From Basidiobolus meristosporus CBS 931.73 (taxonomy: Eukaryota > Fungi > Basidiobolomycota), in assembly GCA_002104905.1 (NCBI GenBank), contig MCFE01000321.1, forward strand, positions 31,519 to 95,518: 64,000 bases of DNA, written 5' to 3'. Position numbers and translations under genes: made by a program. The notes under the pieces were generated by a model. It did not search any database. It saw nothing but the letters and a program-made list of their open reading frames with translations, and was not told the origin of the DNA. Shown in pieces: positions 26,908-40,871 of the stretch (position 1 is the first letter of the stretch; each line of letters begins with the position of its first letter).

Positions 26908-29089
26908 TCACAGTTTGGGCTCTGGGTTGGACATCCAACCGAACTCGAGCTTCTTCTTGCCTCCGGGCTTGATCATCACATTGACGACCGACAGCTTCTC
27001 CGTCTCGTTGAGCGCCTGCTGGACGGCACTGCCGAGCTCCTCTGGGGTGCGCACAAAATACCCCTTGCCACCAACCGCATCCGCAATCATGTCGTATCGA
27101 GTCTCGGGCAGCAATGCCGTGGGTGGCAGGCTCTCGATGGGAGTTTTGTTGAATTCCCCATGATCCAAGCCGTGGTAGATCCCGTTGTTGTTCACCACAA
27201 TGATCACCAGAGGAAGCTTAGCACGGGCTGCGGTTTCAAGTTCCATGGCACTACATGATGGTGAATAATGAGTCAGAGATACGATGAGGAGAATGTCCCA
27301 CCAAGAACCCCTGTACTAACCTGAATCCAAATGCGGAGTCACCTACGATGGCAACCACTTTTCTGTTGGTGTGGAACATTTGCGCGGCGACCGAGAAGCC
27401 CATGCCCACTCCCATGGTGGCGAAAGTGCCGGCGTCGAGTCTCAGACGTGGACTGTACATGTCGAAAACGGTTCTCGCTATGTCCATGGTGTTCGCGCCT
27501 TCACTTACAATCACCACGTCCTCCGGTAGCCTTTGCTTGATCTCGGAGAAGACTCGATGGTATGACATGGGGATGGAGTCGTCTTTGTAGCGCTTCTCAT
27601 TGGACTCCGTGTTGGCGTGGATCTTTGCCTTCAGCTCCTTCAGGTATGGGCTCTGCTGAGAATACTGATAGCCCTTTAGGCCCTCGGCGAGTTGGCTGAC
27701 AACGAGGGAGATGTCTCCCACCAGCGGAAGTGTCTCGCGATTGTTGCGGATCTCTTCTGGACAAATATCCACTTGGATGATTTTGCAATCCTTGTGGATT
27801 CTTGGGGACATGCCGAAATGTAGAATCCAGTTGAGTCTAGCGCCAAGAAGCACAATGGCATCTGCCTTGGCAAGAGCTTTGGAACGGGCAGCAGCAACAC
27901 ACAGAGGATGTGTGTCCGAAACAACTCCTTTGCCCATAGGAGTGGGAAGGAAAGGAAGACCGGTGGAGTCAATAAGATGATTGATCTCTTTCTCGCTTCT
28001 TGCGTAAGCTGCACCCTTGCCAACAATAATAAGTGGATTCTTGGCGGTTCTCAACACTTGCACAGCAACTTCAACGTCACGAGGGTCCGCTTGGTACTTG
28101 GGAGCCTCGGGAACCTGGCGATGAATGGAGACCTTTCTGGAGGTAGCCCCTTGAATGTAGTCGCCAGGCAGATCAATATAGCATGGGCCTGGTCTTCCAT
28201 AAGTGGCTGTTCTGAATGCCTTCTCGACAACGAATGGAATCTGCTCGATGCTTCCGGGACGTGCTGCATATCTGAATGAAATTTAATGAATTTATTTTCC
28301 GGAGATTGGGTGGCTGATACCCATGCATGACTTACTTGGTGTATTGACGGCATGCCTCGACTTGTCGGAGTTCCTGGAATCCACCCATATCTTCCTATTG
28401 CAACGTCAGTCTCAAGAAAGAATCTACCCAGCCTGAGAATGCCCCTTACCTGAGTGGTGTCACTGGAGCCACTGATCAATACCATGGGCTGTGAGAACAC
28501 AAAAAATAGTTAGCACAACCAACACACAGGATTCTGGTCGCAGTTGAAAAGACATACCCAGCAATTTACTTGAGCATTACCCAGTCCGGCAAGACCTACA
28601 CAGAAAGGTTAACATCAAGAGATCCGTAACGCGCACAGCAGAATTCCGCCATACCATGGATGACACCCGGGCCAGAAACAGTTAGACAGACCTAGAAAGT
28701 GGAAGGGAGAAGCTTAGCCTTATGTCACTACGTTTGAATCAACCTTCTCTGTGCTTACACCAGGGCGGCCGGTAAGAAAGCCTGAAGAACATCAGTTAGG
28801 GAGACGTCGCTCAACAAACCACAAGTTCACCTACCCCAAGCACCGGCAGCGTAACTGGCGGACTGTTCGTTTCGGAAACCGATAAACTTGATCCAACCTC
28901 GGTTAAAGCCTCGGCAACCTACGTAGTCCTGTAAGCAAGGTACACTCCTCATTCCAAGTTCGTTCGTTCAAGATAGAGTACCTCCACCACGGGGATCCCG
29001 ACAATTCCAAACACCACCGTCACTCCCTGTTCCTTAAGGCACTCTGCAAGGAGCTTGGCGCCGACTGTTTTCTCCTGTATGATAGACAT
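26908..29089 (-). CDS. HACL1: 2-hydroxyacyl-CoA lyase / oxalyl-CoA decarboxylase-like TPP enzyme, probably peroxisomal
   Basis: VFGIVGIPVVE, RLDAGTFATMGVGMG, GDSAFGF and VVNNNGIY (TPP motif). C-terminal -PKL resembles a PTS1. Confidence 0.92.
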
Positions 29090-29619
29090 GTTGTAGTAGG
29101 GAAACCTGGACCATGATCCATAGATTTATACCCATCTCATCTACATCGCGAACAGGTAAAAATGGAAATTCCATGATTCATTATTCATCTGACTGCCTTT
29201 CCCAATATCCACCTGATAATATAATCCCAGTTGCCTTTTATGCGAGGTAACCTTGAATGCATGTATATATATACATTGGTCGATCCAAGTACCGCGCATG
29301 CCAACCAACTCCCGCAACACCAAAACCAAACCTTGTGCCGAGCTAAACCTAATGCCCACAGCGGATTCACGCCCACCCATGACAGGGTGGTACGACCCTT
29401 GCGTGATTCCCGACCACCGTTGATGAGCAATCTGTGCGAAATATCACAAAATCGATTTATATTATCCAATTGATCAATCGATAGAAGAACCAATTTAAAT
29501 AGGCCAGATAATACAAATGGAGTAAATAGATGTGGGCATAGTGGGAGCTTGGGAAGGCACGCTTCATAACCAGTATATCAAAATAGATAGGATTGGCGAT
29601 ATTCGCTTAAATATGGATG

Positions 29620-30981
29620 TTATGGCCCATCTGGGCTCCTGGGAGTGAGGTATCCATACTTCCCATGCTCTTCCTCGCTCTCGTAACATACGTGGGAGCC
29701 CACGCGTGCGAGAAACATTTTCAGTCGAAGTCGCAGGCAATCGTTGTAGAGCTTCTCGTGACTTGACTTGAGCAGGCCGCTGTGGATCATCCGCAGGAAG
29801 CTGTAGAAGTCGCATACCGAGACCAGTCGCTCTCTGCAGAAGCAGCAGAGGGCCTTTGCCTCTGCGTCGTCGTCTTCCAGACGATAGGTGTAGCTGGCTT
29901 GGGAGTCATTCAGAGCCTGATTACACAGGGAACAGCAGCTGAGGGAAGAGGCCTCTTTCCGTTCGTCGCTGGTGAACACCGGTTCGATGAGGATGGTGCC
30001 CGTCTGCGCGGCCGCGGCGAGCTTCCTTTGCTGAAACCAGCTGCGAACGCCAACCGCCGAGGTGTCGAACCGCAGCAAAAGGTCGATGTCTTCGACGATA
30101 CACCGTTTCACAAACCTCGACTGGAGGATGGTTTTGGGGGGCTGGAGCAAGAATTCCCTGAACTCAGCGTACCGGATATCGTCCTGGTTGAAGAAAAGTC
30201 CGGCCCCGGAGAGGGAGCTATCGTCGGAGCACACGCAGCTGCCGACGCTCCGCTTCTCCAGCTCCGAGAGCACGGACTCGGCATCGTTCGAGGCGAGGTC
30301 GTTGGTATAGACGGAGGATTCGGGGGAAGGGAATGGGTTGTTGAATATCTCGACGTTGGCTGGCTTCTTGTCCGCTGGGATAATCAGTGGGGGAAGGTTG
30401 TTGTAGGGACCGGTGGGCCCGGGCTTGATGAAGTTGCACTTGAGCTCCGTCAGCTGCTCTGACTGCAGCCTTGAAAGCTCCCGGTACTCCTCGAGCTGTC
30501 TCTCCAGCACGAGATTCTTGCGTTTCATTTCGGCACAGACCTTGCGTTGTTCCACCACCATCTTGTTCGCCTCCTCGAACAGCTGTATGGACAACTCCTC
30601 AAGTTCATTCTCCAGCTTGAACTTCGCATGCTCCACTTCCCCTCTCAGCTCAGTCTCTATGATCAGCTTCTCGGCGAGCCTCTTCATGTCTAGTTCGTAC
30701 TGGGTGATGTCCCGTCTATTAATGTTGGTGAAGGCGATGCGTAACTCGGCGATGATGTCTTTGGAGGATTTCAAATCCTTCTCAATGGAGTGCAGGCGTT
30801 GCTCGGCAATGGACTTCTCTTGCTCCACCTCGGCAAGTCTGGCCCTCAACTCTCTGATCTCTAGGAAGGGATCCTCAGCGTGCGAGTCAATCGTAAGCTG
30901 GGTTTCGTCAGGGAACAACCCTATGGTCGAATCAAAGGTGGTCGTGGTCATTACAAAGCAAATTCCCTTCGATTCTATCAA
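29620..30981 (-). CDS. SEC2: Sec2-like Rab GEF, single exon
   Basis: Coiled coil with ENELEELSIQLFEEANKMV, CIVEDIDLLLRFD, C-terminal CSLC...CCFCRERLVSVCDFYSFLRMI. Confidence 0.85.
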   Translation of the reverse strand: MIESKGICFVMTTTTFDSTIGLFPDETQLTIDSHAEDPFLEIRELRARLAEVEQEKSIAEQRLHSIEKDLKSSKDIIAELRIAFTNINRRDITQYELDMKRLAEKLIIETELRGEVEHAKFKLENELEELSIQLFEEANKMVVEQRKVCAEMKRKNLVLERQLEEYRELSRLQSEQLTELKCNFIKPGPTGPYNNLPPLIIPADKKPANVEIFNNPFPSPESSVYTNDLASNDAESVLSELEKRSVGSCVCSDDSSLSGAGLFFNQDDIRYAEFREFLLQPPKTILQSRFVKRCIVEDIDLLLRFDTSAVGVRSWFQQRKLAAAAQTGTILIEPVFTSDERKEASSLSCCSLCNQALNDSQASYTYRLEDDDAEAKALCCFCRERLVSVCDFYSFLRMIHSGLLKSSHEKLYNDCLRLRLKMFLARVGSHVCYESEEEHGKYGYLTPRSPDGP

Positions 30982-31611
30982 TAAATGATGTTCAGTAAAG
31001 CATACAGCGGGCTCGGTGGATAGAGAGAGACAAGGGGAGGAATGTTACCTAATCCGTGTCCGTCGGGGAGGAATATATACTGACGTACTCGAACAATGGC
31101 ATATTATCGCCGTGCAGCACGATCGCGTTCGATCAGTCATCCAGCTGGCAACAATGCCTCGAGAAGAATCCCTGGTGGCCCTGATGCATCGCGACAGTAA
31201 TTGTGAATCGATTAGCTGGTGCCGGCTGAATGCGCTTGCCGCTAGATTGAGGCTGGAGGCACAGCGCGGGCGCAACAAATAAATGCCATACGATCACTAC
31301 GGTGTTTATTCCATCAATCAGGCGGAGTCGGCGAATGCCATCACATGTGGTATCGGGGGATATAACCCTTAAGGTTACACGAATCAGCGAACATGGATTC
31401 CCTGACCCCTCCCCACCCACCATCAAGGCAGCCTTGAGCTGTGGTGATTTTAGGGCCACGAAAATCAAGCCAAATGATGCGGGATTTTGGGGCCCCATTC
31501 ACGGCGCAGATTCAAGCTTTTGGTTGGGGTAAGGCGGACTACCCATTCTAAAAACCATCCGCCCGTAGGACGTCAAGCACTTTGGCCTACTCCTCTGATC
31601 TCCCCTTCAGT

Positions 31612-32030
31612 ATGTCTCTTGCCAACTACATCAAGAACAGCTCTTTCCTTAAAAAAATATTCGTCCCCTTGGGCAACGCATACGCCAACGCTGCTGGCTA
31701 CAGACGCCTTGGTAACTACTAGATCTTCCCCATGCAGCCTGGCTCTCACTAATCCTCCCTTCCACAGGTCTGCGTTATGACGACATCATCGCCGAAGAAA
31801 GCGACATTGTTAGAGAGGCTTTGAGACGCCTTCCTGAAAAAGAGGCCTACGACAGAGCATACCGTCTGCGTGTCGCCATGCAATGCTCTTTGTCCCACAC
31901 CGAGCTTCCAAAGGCCCAATGGACCAAGGCTGAGGATGACGTCCGTTATCTCCAGCCTATCATCGATGACGTTGAGCGCGAGTACGCCGAACGTGCTCAG
32001 TTCGACTCTCTTAAGCCCACTCGCAATTAA
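31612..32030 (+). CDS. QCR7: Cytochrome b-c1 complex subunit 7 (one intron)
   Basis: YANAAGYRRLGLRYDDII.EE...EALRRLP.KEAYDRAYR. Confidence 0.96.
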
Positions 32031-32258
32031 ACTCATGTAGCCACCCTTCCCGCCGATTTCTTCTTACATAAGCATTTTCGAAACACCATTAAACCATTGT
32101 GTACCAAACGAACCAGTTGGCGTTTGCGTTTGCGTTTGCTTTTTCCTTGGCCTGGGGGTTTATTTATATGATCAGGCTGAGGTGTTGGTAACTGGCGGGC
32201 TAAGTGCAGCTTGGTGGATCTTGTAATACACTCCATTATGTACACATTTCCGGATAGT

Positions 32259-35200
32259 TTAATGGATTCTAGCTAGTCCTTCAATGATCTTGGTTAGCTC
32301 TTCAACGGTGGTCTTCAGCGGTGCGCCTCCGTCTATCCCAGTCACCACGTCCTCCATGCGCTCTTTCTTCAGATCCAAAAAGCATTCAATCAAATCGCCA
32401 TCCAAGAATCCATGGCAGGCAACTGTCTTGCGTTCGTTCTGGAAGGCTCTCCACCTAAAAGGGCTCATGTTAGTGCGTGCAGTGATAAGGTTCATGTGAG
32501 GGTAGATCAACCACGTACTCCTGATGGTCTAGTCCGCCAACACCGTGGATAACCTTGGTGAGGTTGGACTGGACTTGAAGCAGAAAGTTATACTGGTCTT
32601 GGGGCAGAGAGGCAACCACCCCGATGGACCCATTGGCGGTGCCGAACAGAAGACTGGAAATAGCTGGGGTCTCATTGTCCGGTTGGTTCATCACTAAGGA
32701 GCCTGCAATACACGTTGCAAGTTAGGTGTCTGGGGCAAATTGCACAGAGGATTGCCCACTAACCGTGTCGGAATTTGTTGACGAACTCCCCTAAATGGAA
32801 TTGGCCCACTGTCTCGAGTCGTCGCCTTTCCTCGTCTGTGGTGGCCTCGGCATTCTTGCGTACAGTAAACAAATTAAAGCCTATCTCTGAGCCGATGTAC
32901 AGATCATCATCCAGTGCTTCGACCGCGCTCATCCAGTTCGAGTTGTAATCCTTCGAGATTTCCTCGATGGTATCATCCAACTGTTTGTAGGCGAGGAGTG
33001 AGATGGATCGCATCAGATCACCAACGATAATAAAATCCCCTCTGGTCACGATATATAACGCCAGCACATGCCCCTCGTGACTGTGGACATGGTTCAAGGC
33101 GCCGGATTCACTGTCATTAAGGCTCCATTCAAACAAGGACACCTTCGATGAAATCAAGCTTAGTATCTGCACCATAGTGTCCAGCAGAAGCACCCACTGC
33201 ATACCTTGTTGTTGATTCCCGCAAGGAGTTTTCCGGCAAAGGGAACGATCGAATACACACACCCCTTCACCTCGATATCGGATACAAGCTTGATTTGGCG
33301 GGTATCCAGCACTTGGAAAATCAGGATCTTTCCTGCCTTTGGCTCGTCCTGGTCTGGCAACGCATAGGCTGTACCGACCGCGTAATAGACATTAGGATCT
33401 TGCTCAAAGGTGACGCTGGTGATACACTGGACTGATTCATGCGTGTCCATTTGGAAAGAGTCAAGAACTACGGAGGGGGAATCGGATGTCAGACAACCTC
33501 ATCTGGCTACCAGCAGTCGGTATACTAACCTTCGAAGGTTTGGTCGTCGAACAGCTTGAAATACGATGTCTGATCCTCTTCTCCTGACAGCGGGTCGACC
33601 GAGAGCTTCATCGTCAACACCCCAAAGGTACGAGTGGATTCTTGATGAGTGATTCGTCGAGCCATCTCTCCGAGGGGCACCGTTCGGATATGGAGCTTCT
33701 GGATCTCATCGATCGTTCCAATGGTAAGTCCCTCGTCGGATGTCAGCGCAAGGGAGTTTGGGAAGGAGGATGAGTGGAACGGGCAAACGGATGTCACCTC
33801 CTAAAGCTGGAGTTAGGCATTTGCTTGGACGCAATGCGTGAATCAGAGCTACCTTAAGGTTCACATTCGAATATGACAGCTTTTGGTTGCTACTGTAAAT
33901 GACGGTGGGGCGATCTGAAGCAGCAAACACGTGGGTCGTTCCGTTGGATTTGAATGTGGAAAACACGATGGGCTGCGTGCCCAGAGTGATTTTCTTGCGA
34001 TCGGTGAGCTCGCCGGTAGCCACGTCAAGAACGAAATTAAATAGATGTCCATCGCCTGTTTATCTATCCGGTAAGCATGCAAGGGGCAACCGTACACAGC
34101 TACAAAAAAACCCACCTAAAGCTATCAGCAAATAGTTGATTCCTTCGAATGAGGCCATCAGCACAGATCTTGGGATAATCTCTGCAAATATCGATAACGG
34201 GAAACGATGAGCATCGTCAAATCAGTGGATGTTGCCGAACATAAATCGCAAACCTCCTCCCAAGAACTGCTTGTTCAATGGTTCGAGCGTGGGCAAGCGG
34301 AGAAGCTTCACGCTGATGTCTGTCCAGAGGCCGACAGCGCATATGGAAGAGGCGGTTGGTGAGGCAGGATCCAAGGGATTGATATCGAGGCAGGCGATCT
34401 CGTGCTCTAGCTGGCAACGGCTACGAAGTTTCATCAGTTAGAGACTCATGCATTACAAAGCCCACGCCACGCTTACTTTATCTCAAGCAACTTCGACTCG
34501 CGAATCTCGAAATAGACGAGTATACCACCACCAAGCGCCACGACAATTTGCGAAGGGTTGATGCAGGCAACGTTGATTTTAGATCCGACATCGGGAGTCC
34601 ATTTTGAAGTGCAGGTGTTGCTCTCCACGTCGATTAGATTGATCGAGGATTCCGTGACCTACAGTAGTGCGACAGGTGAGCCAGGTACAGGCGGGGCACC
34701 CACGCTGCTAGAGTTACTTACCTGTGCAACCACTCCTCCGCTAACGTTGGCGGCAGCAATGGTCATTTCGTCGGTTACAAACCCTGCGGTGTCCTCAACC
34801 TCCTCCATCTCCTCCCCATCCAAAGCTAGAATACGCGTTTCGCCAATAAACGATATGACGAGCATGTTTTCATGGCTAGGTTGCATACAAGAGTTTAGGG
34901 GGAAGGCGCTGCATAACTTAACAAGGCGCGCGCTATAAATGCCTACCTTGCATCGACTGCTGGACGAAGCGACCATATTCCCTTGATACCGCTCATCTCC
35001 AAGAACGCTTGCTCGTTGATCCCAACCCCGTTGCGAATGATGCGAAGGGAGCCATCTTTGTAAGCCCCAGAACACGTTACAATTTGTCCCTGGACCACAC
35101 TGATCAATAACTCGTCAAGGCTGGCATCGAGCTGTTTACACACGCACGTACCTGGCCTTGTCTTTCCAGATCAACAACACAAAAGTCGGCTATGGGTGCT

Positions 35201-36736
35201 AGGTTTGTAAACCGATCGACGATTTCCAGGAAATCTCCATTCTCGTTGGGGTCGGTGCCTAGTCTGACGAGTTGTGAATCTCCGAAATGCGAACCAACAA
35301 AAGTGTAACCGTTGTCAAGGTAAACTATGCAAGAGGCGGATGAGGTCTAAGCCGATGTCGAATCCAAAAATATGAGTGTCTGCGTCGCGATCCATCGATA
35401 TCATTCCCACTCACCTCGCCCAGCCTTTCCAGCTTCAAATCCGTCAGTGTGCTACCATTGGTCAACAGGACGAGGACATAGAGATTCCCTAGATAATCAC
35501 CCAACAGATACCGAGATCCATCGCTGTCAATCTGGCCATAACTAAAGAGAAGAGTCAAGGATCGGCCACGAATAATGGTACAATCGGTTTCGGGCTCCAA
35601 AAAGATACGCTTTGATCACGGTTGTGTTCATGGATATGGATTTGGTGGCTTTCCCGGTGTAATGGGTGATCGTTTGTTCTCCGATAGCGATAACGCCGCC
35701 TACGGGAATTCAGAACTGCGTTAGTCCACAACTTCCAACTGGTTGTGTGGGTTTGGCTACCTAGAGGCGCTGGGACTCCAATCAAGATGTTTGCTCCTGG
35801 CTCAACATTGCTAACACTCCATGGGCCTTCCAGGAACTCCTTGTCTTTGATAGAGACCTCATATGTCTTGATATGTCGAGCTTCCTTAGTGTCTTGATAT
35901 AACACAGCCAATGTTGGCTTGGCCATTCCATGCAAAAAGGTCATCGAGACGATCAAGAGCTCCTCCAGACTAAAGACAAGGCATCGATGTTACTTGTGAA
36001 TCAACAATGGGCTGTTACAATAAACCGTGCAAAATACCGAATGTTGAAAGCATCCCGGAGATCCCCAACTTTAGCTGGTTTCAAGGGTTCTTTTCCGCGA
36101 CTTGAGCTTCGGGTTCCGCCGGTTTGCTTCCCATAATGGTCGCTTTCTATGGGAATAACCTTAAGAAGTCCTTGGTACAAATGCATTCCGATAAGTCGGC
36201 ACTCCGGGTCGATCAGGCCGATCTGCCCGCTCTCACATGGTTTACCGGTGAGATCCTTCAGATCGCCATTCGCTTCCGTATTTACGACTCCCGCGTCGTG
36301 GTCGTAAGATAGTACGAAGAATTTGTATTTCTCCGTGGACACAAACAAAAGATCCGTGTCGCGCCCCTTGAAAAGAACAAGAAACCAATTAAAACGGACA
36401 CCTCGTAAAGTTACTTATGTCTATGCACACATATGAAGCATGTCTGCACGTACCGGTGGACGATATAATTTCAAGGTTGCGATTCTACCATACACCCCAA
36501 ATTCCATGAACGGTCTCAAACCCTCCGGTGATAGTAAATATATCTCGACCCTAGTACCCTTACTAGGTAGAACAAAGAAGTTAGAGAGGGGAAAACAACC
36601 ACCTGCGCTAGTATCCGAATCGCTGCCGACCATACCTCACAATTAAATTGGTATGATCAGGACCAGTGAAATTCCCTTTGACTGCATTTTGTATGGAGGT
36701 CGACTTCTGTGCGGTCACTACGTAGTTATAAGCCAT
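32259..36736 (-). CDS. DDB1: DNA damage-binding protein 1, many introns
   Basis: [90 protein letters not shown]. Confidence 0.96.
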
Positions 36737-37024
36737 GACAGAAGGAAATTACTGCACTGGTTAATGTCGAAAAAGCTCAAGAGTGTTTACTGCGTAATAA
36801 GCAAATCAATGCACCACACCATTTACACATTTGATGGATTTCGGTGATATCACATATAAAATCTCCCCTCCAGGCACGTGACTGCTGGTGGATGGTTTAG
36901 GTAAGCAACACTTGGTAATCATGATGATGCTACTGGATATTTGTGCCTTTCAATATCGCCTCAGGTCTGATGCCCATTGTACATATTAGGTCATACAACC
37001 AGAAGCAAGCCTCCAACTCTATTG

Positions 37025-39397
37025 ATGACCCCCTTGGAAATAAATCGTGACTTGTCTGAACTCAGCGTTCAACTAAACACTGTTCTTAATAATGACAAAC
37101 CAGCGAACGGGCCGCACCTGAAGCGGTGCATATCGAGACTCCTTGAGCTAGCCACCAAAGGATACAACCTATCTTCTTTACTGAAAGACATTATCATGGT
37201 AACCTCGCATACAACTATCCCTCCAACCTGAAATCAACCCTACTGACTCTCTTGGAAGGTTGCGGCCAAGTGTGAGTGGATTGACAGGAAACTAATGTAT
37301 TACATTCTCAGTCTGCAGGCCACCTTAAATCCGGAGATATTTTTGATGCTCGTCAATTCATTGAGAAAGGATTGTGCTAGTGAGATTGGGACTATCCGTG
37401 CGCAGGCACTCAAAATTCTGTGTACCTTCCCGAATACGCTAGACTCGCAGGAGTACAAAAGCTACCTGATAGAGGCCCTGAAGCCTGCCTTGTCGGATAC
37501 TAATGCCTATGTTCGAAAGACGGCGATGGCTCTTCTACCAACAATCAGGCGGAGATATGGCATCCTAGAGGGTATTTAGTTATTACGATGTGGTCCATGG
37601 ATTGGATTTAACTGGTATCGGGGATATATTAGAGTTCAATCCGATCCTCGTGAAGCTAGTAGATGACTCGAACGCAGAGGTTTCGGCGGGTGCGGTTGCC
37701 CAGTTGTATGGTGTGGTTGGGAGCGATCTCTCCATGAGCTCTCGGGATTTTTCCAAGCTGCTGAATAAGATTGACCAAGTCGATTCTTGGAGCCGATGCA
37801 AGTATCTTCCGCTGATGAACAACTATGCCGTCAGTACCGAAAACGAGCTTCAGAAAATCCTGGTGAGTGCTACAATTTGACTTCTTGCAAGAAGCACCGC
37901 CGGAGCTAAACATCCATTTTAGTCACGTCTGAAACACAACCTACAGCATTCCCACCAAGGGGTGGTCTTTGGGACGATGGAGTTTATAATAAAGCAAGCC
38001 AGTCGATTTCCCACCCTACTTCCCGATGTGTTAAGCTCACTCAAAAGTAAATGACCTTTAAATTCGCTTGGTCAGCGCGCGTCGCTAACATTCACTACAG
38101 GGCCATTATTAAATGCGGTGGCGCTGGGGGATCAAGAGCTGATGTACATATCCTTGGCTCACCTTCATACCATTCTAATGGCCAACCCGAATGTGGCTGC
38201 TACCTTACGATACCGGGATTTTTACTGCAGGTAGGCCACATTTTCCGCATCAACCATTCAATCCCTGTTGACATGAACACTTCAATCCTACAGAGATCAG
38301 GACATCTCGTTTTTAAAACAGCAAAAGATCCGGATGCTCGTTGACATGGTTACACAGGAGAATGGCTTGGAAGTTCTTGATGAGCTTTAGTATGGCGCCT
38401 CTAATGCTCATGCGTACATGCATCTTGTCTAAACCTACATTCTTTTAGCCTTTACGCAGTCAGTGGAAGCACGGCAGTTGCGCAATCATCCATACTAGCT
38501 ATATCTCAAATTACTGAGAAGTCCCCAGAGCTCTCCACCCCTTGTCTACGAAAACTACATGACATTTGCTCACGTCGAGATGCAATTATACCGTTCGTAT
38601 TCACATCTATCTCAAGTCAGGCCTACTGCAATTTCCCATCCAACATGGTCGATTATACTAAGCATGGACTCTACTTTAGTTTGTTTGAGAAACCTTCCCT
38701 CGCAAGAAGGCTCCAGCATATTTACGCGGTTCTTTGTTTTCCTGAATCACATCCGAGACTCCAACGATGCCATGATCGCCTTTCTTAGGATCCTTGGGAA
38801 GTATGCGGCCTACGCCCCTGAAACCCCGTACATCTTGGAGGAATTCATAAGAATAACCCAACCGGCAAGTGCTACGGATGTATATGTGGAATTGCTGCAC
38901 TGCACCTTGGCTGCTTTTTTCCAACGGCCTGGTGAATGCCGAGATCTCTTGGGCTTTTTAATGAAGAGGGGCACAGGTGTCGATGTGCCAACACCTGTAT
39001 TAGAAAGAACCCGAATATTGTATGCGCTGTTGAAGTCGGAGCGTTCTATGGTACGTGTCATTCCACCCGCTTCCCTACCTGGTTCCGACTAATCCAATTC
39101 AACTAAGGCCCAGCAAATGCTCGAGACTTACTATAATCTCCACTTCGACACATCTACTTCGATCGATACTTCGGTAGGTAGCCATGTCACTTGAGCCTTA
39201 GAGTATCAACTCAATCCTTTTTCCAGAAACCAGGGCTTCATGATTTCAATACTTTAAAGATCGCTCTGCCCTCTTGGGTTGACAACGAACCTTACGATAT
39301 ACCGGCAATGAACAAGGGCAAGGGCAAAGCAGTGTTGATTGATCTGACCAACGATATGACCAACAATGCACCAAGTCCCGTGACTTCGGTGGAATAG
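37025..39397 (+). CDS. AP4B1: Beta-adaptin trunk protein, AP-4 beta-like, no appendage domain evident
   Basis: RKLMYYIL, VNSLRKDC...IRAQALK, LSDTNAYVRKTA, and FFQRPGECRDLLG, which resembles the AP4B1 LF.SRPAECQDMLG motif. Confidence 0.7.
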
Positions 39398-39683
39398 TAG
39401 CTAGCAGTCAAACTACCAGCAGTACACCCCGTGACCGCGCATCCCCTCCGCTCGTACACCACATATCACTCCTCCATCATCCGTAATTAACCCATCAACC
39501 CATCAACCCAAATCCAAACCCTCATCACACTGAAAAAAAAACAAAAAAAAGATTGCCCACCTTCTTTAGGGATTGGAAAACAGACCCCGAATTGAAATAA
39601 TTAGATCGGATAATAAAAAGAGAGTTCATAAAAATTATACCTTCTCTTTCATACACGTTCAACGGGTACTCAGTGCATCCAAC

Positions 39684-40569
39684 ATGAAGGTGATTGTCAA
39701 TCCAACGAATATATGAAGCCATACATCAACCTCAGCCAGAACAACCTACTAACCAACCATTCCCTCCCCAGTTGAACATCGCCAACCCAGCCACTGGCTG
39801 CCAAAAGACCATCGAAATTGATGATGAGCGTAAGGTGTAAGTAGCGACACCCACCCCCATCCCCACCCGAAACCCTGGTACTGATTCGCATTTTTGTAGT
39901 CGTGCTTTCTACGACAAACGTATGTCCGCTGAAGTTCCTGGCGATTCCCTTGGTGACGAGTTCAAGGGATATGTCTTCCGTATCACCGGTGGTAACGACA
40001 AGCAAGGTTTCCCCATGAAGCAAGGTATCCTTCTTCCCCACCGTGTTCGTCTTCTCTTGTCCAAGGGTCACTCTTGCTACCGCCCCCGTCGTACCGGTGA
40101 GCGCAAGAGAAAGTCCGTTCGTGGTTGTATCGTCGGTTCCGATCTCTCTGTCCTCTCCTTGGTTATTGTTAAGCAAGGTGAGCAAGAGCTCCCCGGTTTG
40201 ACCGACACCACCGTTCCTAAGCGTTTGGGCCCCAAGAGAGCCAGCAAGCTTAGAAAGATGTTCAACCTTACCAAGGAAGATGATGTTCGCAAGTTCGTTA
40301 TTCGTCGTGAGGTCCAACCCAAGAACGCTGAGAAGAAGCCTTACACCAAGGCTCCTAAGATTCAACGTCTTGTCACCCCTCTCACTCTTCAACGCAAGAG
40401 ACACAGAATTGCTCTCAAGCGTAAGAACTCCCAAGCTTCCAAGGAGGCTGCCGCCGAATACGCCAAGCTTCTTGCTCAACGCGTTAAGGAACAACGCGAA
40501 AGAAAGGAAGAGATCAAGAAGAGAAGACTCAGCTCTCAACACGCCAGCGCTGCCAAGAGCCAAGCTTAG
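39684..40569 (+). CDS. RPS6: 40S ribosomal protein S6 (two introns)
   Basis: [42 protein letters not shown]. Confidence 0.98.
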
Positions 40570-40871
40570 AATAGTTCTCTCACTATTTTTCTAAAATAAA
40601 TAACTTTCACGACGTAGCCCATCATCTGCTGTACATTTGTCCTTACAATAGAATACGAACCATGACATTGGAAGGGGTGCTGGTTATGTGTGATATGGGT
40701 TGGTGCGGACCAGCTGGCCTGGATCTCACATGGTTCGCACATCTCAGTGAGATGTAGTCGGTGCGAATCAATCATCCAAAATTCTGGAAATCCCTGTGAA
40801 TTTCTTTTTTTTTATTCACATTTTCACCTTATATACACTCACTCATCATCGGGCGGTGTTCCTTGCTAAGC

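Noticed and set aside
29782-30988. Long antisense ORFs over SEC2 (also over SCL1, CMS1, RPS6)
   Set aside because: Shadows of GC-rich codon usage, with no recognisable domains.
40739-40755. ACATCTCA-G-TGAGATGT palindrome after RPS6
   Set aside because: A single 8-bp arm pair is expected by chance in 64 kb, and no snoRNA boxes were recognised.
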